Translations under genes and position numbers: made by a program
Notes under the pieces: generated by a model
The model's input: only the letters and a program-made list of their open reading frames with translations
What the model was told of the DNA's origin: nothing
The model's database searches: none
NCBI GenBank assembly: GCA_050230475.1
Contig: JBFLGF010000067.1
Span: 62,001 to 118,771 of the forward strand
Reading direction: 5' to 3'
DNA length: 56,771 nucleotides
DNA from: Ancylonema sp.
Lineage: Eukaryota
Shown: positions 51,658 through 56,771 of the stretch, piece after piece
Position numbering within the stretch: the stretch's first letter is position 1
Layout: each line of letters starts with the position of its first letter

Positions 51658-54600
51658 CTAAGGGTTTGGGGGGTTTAGGGCCGGGAGTAGGGTTCCCAGA
51701 TACTCGGTCCCACTAAAACGAAAAAGATATTGCGATAAAAGAACAGCGATGGCAGCCTTTCTTTCCTGACGCAACGACCCTCCTCCCATCCCCAACCTGT
51801 TGGCATCCCGAATCGGAAACCCTTTCCTTTGTGCCAGGGAGGGCCTGCCACTGTAAAAGAACCCGGTCTGGTTCAGACACTGGTTGGCCACGCTCCCCAG
51901 GACTGCCAAAACTCGCTCCCGGATGTTGGCCACCTTGCTGGGAGGGGTGGTGTGCCCATGGGATTCGTTATAAAGAGGGTTGCATCACATACAGCGAAAA
52001 TTATGTGGCCTGACCAGTTTTGGGGTTTAGGGTTTTGGAGTCCATTCCAACAGGCTGGGCTGAAGCGGCTGAGCAAGACTGGCTGCCTGTGTGCTTCCAC
52101 ACACCACCTCACCATAAAGCCATCATCATTACGTCAAAAATTACGCCAACCAATCATCTAACCGACCGACCGGCCAACTGACCCACCCACCCGACCGACC
52201 AACTGACCGACTGACAGACGGACCGACCGACCGACCGACCGACCGACCGAGCGAGCGACACCTTTTGGAGAACTTGTGGAAGTCCCAGTGGATGAACTGC
52301 AGCTGGCGGTTTTGCGGGCGGACGAGGTTGAGGTACGCAGCCGCGCGCCCAAACTCGCGTCGGAGGATCATCTCACGAGGCCGCTTCTCCACCGTCTGGT
52401 GGGGGGATGGGGGGGGGGGGGGTGGGGGGTGGGTGTGCGGTGCAGAGGGAGAGGGTATGGTGGAGGGGCGTGTGTCTAAACATTATAACATCTGTTTTCA
52501 ATTTTTTTTTTTTTTTTTTTTTTTTATGAACAAATTTTTCATCATTACCATAACAATGATGATAACAATGAAGATAACGATAATAATAATGATTGCGATG
52601 ATTTTTAAGGTGATAGATGGGCACTCCCTGTTGGCGTGAGTCACACCCCTACACCACCCACCTGCCAGAACCGAACGCAAAAGCAACATACAACTTCAGA
52701 AGGCGTCGCTTATAACAACAAGGGTGGCAGGGGATGGACCTTGATAAGGTTGAGAATGATGACCGGGTTGCCGTATCGATCCTCCAAGTCCTCGAAGTGC
52801 AGCCGGGTGGAGGTGTACATGGGGTCGAACTTATGCACTGCACACCCAAACCTCTGAAAGGGTCACTACTATGTTCGTGTTGTTGTTATCATTGCAATGT
52901 TTATAATTATTACTGTTGTTTTTTTATTGTTATTATTCTTATCACCATCATCAACATCATCGTTACGATGCCATCATGATTATTATCGATAATCGTGATA
53001 AAATGATGAAATGCTTTCTTGTTATTATCATGATTATCTTGCCTAGTATTATGATTATTCGTTCTTTTTTATCATCATGCATGTCATCAGCATCCATCTC
53101 TCGGACTCCATTCTATTAACCATTCGACTTTATGACCGGACCGAGGTTTGAATCTGGTATGGGGTTGACAGCTCATCACCCACTGCCTACCCCTCCTCCT
53201 TCCTCCTATACATACTCTGAGCACTCACATCCCACAAGCAGAGCCAGGAGTGAGGGAGAGAAGGAACAGGGGGAAAGAGAGAAAGGAGACAGGAGAAAGG
53301 AGAAAGAGAGAGGAAGAGAGGAAGAGAGAGAGGAAGGGAGTAAGGCAGGGTGTAAGAGGAGAAGGGAGGGGAGAGGGAGGGCACATACGCTGTATGTCTG
53401 GCTTGGCGTTGAGTCTCGATGTCTCCTGGCACCAGAACAAAGGGATGGACCCCCGCACTTGAACCACAGACGTCATCTCGGCTGCCACCCCAGCCCGCCC
53501 CAGCCCCTCCCCCACCACCATCTGCTCCGTCTCCACCTCATTGGCCTCACGCCCCGTTTCGCTCACTCCCCGCTTCAAGTACCTGTAGGGGTCATGCCGG
53601 TGATCGTTGTAAGGGGTGGAGAGCCACATGTTCGTTATCAGGGCATTCGTTATATATATGTATAGATACACATACATACATATATATGCATATATATACA
53701 TATACATATACATATATGTACATATACATATATATACATATACATATACATATATGTACATATATATATATATATATATATATGTATATGTATATGTATA
53801 TATATGTATATGTACATATATGTATATGTATATATATGTATATGTACATATATGTATATGTATATATATGTATATGTACATATATGTATATGTATATATA
53901 TATGCATAGATATATGTGTACATACGACTGTTGGTGGGTGATTTGTGAGTGGACATACGAGCCACTCCTCTGCTTGCTTGCATCCACTGTCACACATAAA
54001 CTTTTCTAAAATGTTGTGCTCTCGGTTTGGGGGATGTGCAGGGTAGCGATTGAGGAATTTGGTGAAGATGAAGATGAAGGGGTGGGTGGGGACAGGGAGG
54101 AGAGGTGGTTGGGATTCAGATTCAGATTCAGATTCAGATGCACTTTGTGGGGCCCACCTCGTTCCTGCAAAATGCCGAGACCGCCGCGATATAAGAGAGA
54201 TCACAAACACGCGGCCGAAAGCTGACAGCTTGGCCTATAGAACAAATGAAACGAAGGGGTATACGATCAGTCACTTGCAGCAGCGAAGCTCGTTTTGGAT
54301 CTATGCATCGACTGACTATCGGCAACGAAGGGCATCTAGCCGAAACTTCGAGATCTTTCTCAGGGTCCAGAATGCTAACAGAAGTTGGAAAACATGAATG
54401 CATACGTGCAACAGAACCGTTTCCACTTCCCATTTCCATCGAAAATATTTGAATGATGAGATGTGGATAATGCGCGTCCTTCGGCTCCATAAAAAAGTGC
54501 CATGATTGAAGACGCATGCACAGCACAAAAGAAGAAGAGGAAGGAGGTCGGGATCGGTAAAACGTGACACCTTCTGGTAACATCTTTTATTATCTCCATT

Positions 54601-55004
54601 ATATCTACTTTCACCTGTTCAAAAAAGCCGTGCACTAGCGCCACAGTCCACCTCGTGTTCCCCACCATCTTCCTCACTCCCCGCGTCAGAAAAGCGTTCC
54701 AAACAAACATGCTCTCATAGGCTTCCCTGCTGCTCTCCGGTTCCCCATCCGGCCCCAAATCCCCTTCCAGCGCACAGTGGGGGCGCAGGCCCTGCCCCCT
54801 GAAGTTGTGCTGGAGGGTGTGCATGATCGGGTAGGTGTAGCTGAAGAAGAAGTCCTTGGTCAGGTCCACACCAGAGAGGAGCTTGCGGTACCTGGATTGG
54901 ATCTCAACCAACCAACCAACCAATCAACCTCCAACCAACCAACCGACCAAAAAACTAACTTAAAAACAACCAACCAACCAAACATAAACCAACCAAGGAA
55001 TCTT

Positions 55005-55047
<43 letters not shown>

Positions 55048-56479
55048 GTGCATGTGTATGTGTTTGTGCATGTGTTTGTGTATGTGTATGTGTATGTGTA
55101 TGTATGTGTATGTATGTGTATGTATGTGTATGTGTTCGTACCTCTCCTTCAAGCTCCAATCTCAAAACGTCACGTACAACACAAACCTCACAAACTCACT
55201 CGATGGAAATTTAGGATTCTGTCGGACTACGGGCATGCCTGTCAGAAGAGCCCTGCCCAGCCTCACACACTCTCACACACCGAGGTCGCAATTTCCATAC
55301 TAAGCGGCGAGTCGCCCCCAGTCGATGCTGAAGATCGAGCGGAGACAGGGGCTGACCTGACCTCCACCCTCGAGTTTGCCAGGTCACTTTGGACGCTGGG
55401 ATGGGCGATAGTGAGCAGCTGCGTATCATCGATGCCGTAGATGGCGTGGCCGCAGATATTCCCGATCTGACGCCGCTTGGTGCACAGAATCATGTACCAA
55501 GACTCCAAAAATTTGATGAATCCTGTGGAGGGGTAGGACACAGCATTTGCTCGTGGGATGGGCTTTAGTTTAGAGCAGTGCGATGGAAAGGGGTCCAAAA
55601 ATTGTTCCATGGATATGTCCATGGAACATATGGACATGTCCATATTTCCATGAAATTGTGCATCCTTAAAGGATGCACAATTTGCTACATATTTTTTTGT
55701 ATATTGTAGATAGAATGCAAAATGGAGTAAAGACGCTGGGAGTGGCACACAGTCGGAGGTCTTTCCAGTGACTTCCATACGTGACAGAGGTGGCGACCTT
55801 ATATCGAACTCCACACCCATACGTGTATAGCAACTGCGTATACAACTCCACACCGACATTTTTTTATAGTTTCCCACTTGAGCCACGACCTGACCCAATC
55901 ACAGTAGTGGCCGGACCACCTCCCGTCAAGATTTCGTCACAAAAAATGGCATTGTCGTGCTGTCAGACTGACCGATGATGCCGTACGCTTTGGTCACGAG
56001 TTGGAGACCCCCGGAGCTCCTGTTCCCTTCGGCAAGCTGAGCCAGGGAGCCCTTGCACATCTGCTCGGAGTAGATGATTGCATCCTCGTGGATCACCAGC
56101 TCAGAAGGCTCACGGCGGTCGATCGTCAGGATCCGCCAGTGCTCCTTGCACTTGTCAGGACCAACAAGGTAGAAATTCTGCGGGAAGGTTGGAGAAGGGG
56201 GTCCATCAGACGCGACTTCGCAACATTCTCTCACTAACACTCTCCACCATGCGGCACATGATGTCCCTCAACGGCTGCAGCGCATCTAGTGCAGTCAATG
56301 TATACTGGGACTTCCCGCATGCATCGTGTCCTGACGAGCAAAGTGAAGCACTGACGTACTGGTTCCAGTCAGAAGTGTGATAAGATTACCATTCTGGTCT
56401 CGTAAAGCAAAAATTTCTGGAGCGAAATTTTCTCTGGAGCGATTTCTGTGTCGTCCTCTGAGATCATGTCGGTCGCCAT
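47955..56479 (-). CDS. SAC1: SAC-domain phosphoinositide phosphatase, plant SAC1-5/FIG4 type, multi-exon
   Basis: [118 protein letters not shown]5R motif [36 protein letters not shown]. Stop TGA at 47957-47955. Confidence 0.93.
52160..52258. repeat. (CCGA)n-type tetramer microsatellite in a SAC1 intron
   Basis: accgaccgac... run. Confidence 0.85.
53651..53925. repeat. TA/TATG/TACA compound microsatellite in a SAC1 intron
   Basis: About 275 bp of low-complexity sequence that produces spurious YIYI ORFs. Confidence 0.95.
55004..55135. repeat. (TGTATG)n hexamer microsatellite in a SAC1 intron
   Basis: Tandem tgtatg units. Confidence 0.95.
55603..55683. repeat. Three closely spaced palindromes in a SAC1 intron
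   Basis: TGTTCCATGGA-tatg-TCCATGGAACA, ATATGGACATGTCCATAT, AAATTGTGCATCCTT-a-AAGGATGCACAATTT. Confidence 0.9.
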
Positions 56480-56771
56480 GTTCTCCGAAGCGTTGATTTC
56501 AGGACTCAGTTGTCCGATTTTGCGTCTAGGAAAAACTAGAATTCTGCTTCCCTTCACGGATTTCTCCAATTTAGTGAGCCTCGGGAGTCTTTCCTCAAGC
56601 GAACAAATGTACCACTGTTTTGCCTAATTTTTATGCTTCATTTTCCTGATATGATGTCTGCACTAATTCGACTTCGTAACATGGAGGACTCAGGGTAGGG
56701 CATGTCTACCTATGGCCGAGCTCATAACATTCTGAAGGGGCTAGCTAGGGGACCAGTTCGATTGTTTTCCC

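Noticed and set aside
51598..51680. Telomere-like repeats as a chromosome end
   Set aside because: Degenerate, short and inside an intron of an intact gene.
53225..55440. ORFs rich in YI, HT, CV or MC dipeptides (also 19666-20244, 33349, 36580)
   Set aside because: Translations of TA/TG/TATG microsatellites in introns.
55263..55898. 211-aa minus-strand ORF
   Set aside because: A SAC1 exon plus in-frame read-through of the flanking introns, not a separate gene.

Overview
Eukaryotic nuclear DNA with intron-rich GT-AG genes of green-plant type, most likely a streptophyte alga or early-diverging plant (inferred from protein similarity and intron style). No CRISPR array, tRNA or rRNA was seen. 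Three single Ns (3172, 11980, 47876) split the window into four pieces. 1-3171 and 3174-11979 are near-identical copies of 15601-18770 and 21204-31251, and 47878-51657 repeats 44085-47864, so about 15.7 kb is redundant, probably assembly overlap or haplotig. Non-redundant content in order: a TsaE-like relic, plastid rhomboid RBL11 (+), MET1/DNMT1-type DNA methyltransferase (-) head-to-head with DNA polymerase eta POLH (+), a truncated Mg-chelatase H followed by an orphan Mpv17/PMP22 last exon, a TPT/NST sugar transporter (-), a five-exon Em/LEA_5 gene not visible as a whole in the ORF track (+), an intronless SNAT2-like GNAT (+), and a SAC1/FIG4-type phosphoinositide phosphatase (-). Most notable: the MET1 has a His in place of the motif X Asn and only one RFTS domain, it shares an E2F/CHR/G-box promoter with POLH, the Em gene has ABRE/RY motifs upstream, and several gene relics suggest gene loss by deletion. 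All family calls come from my recall of protein motifs, not from database searches.
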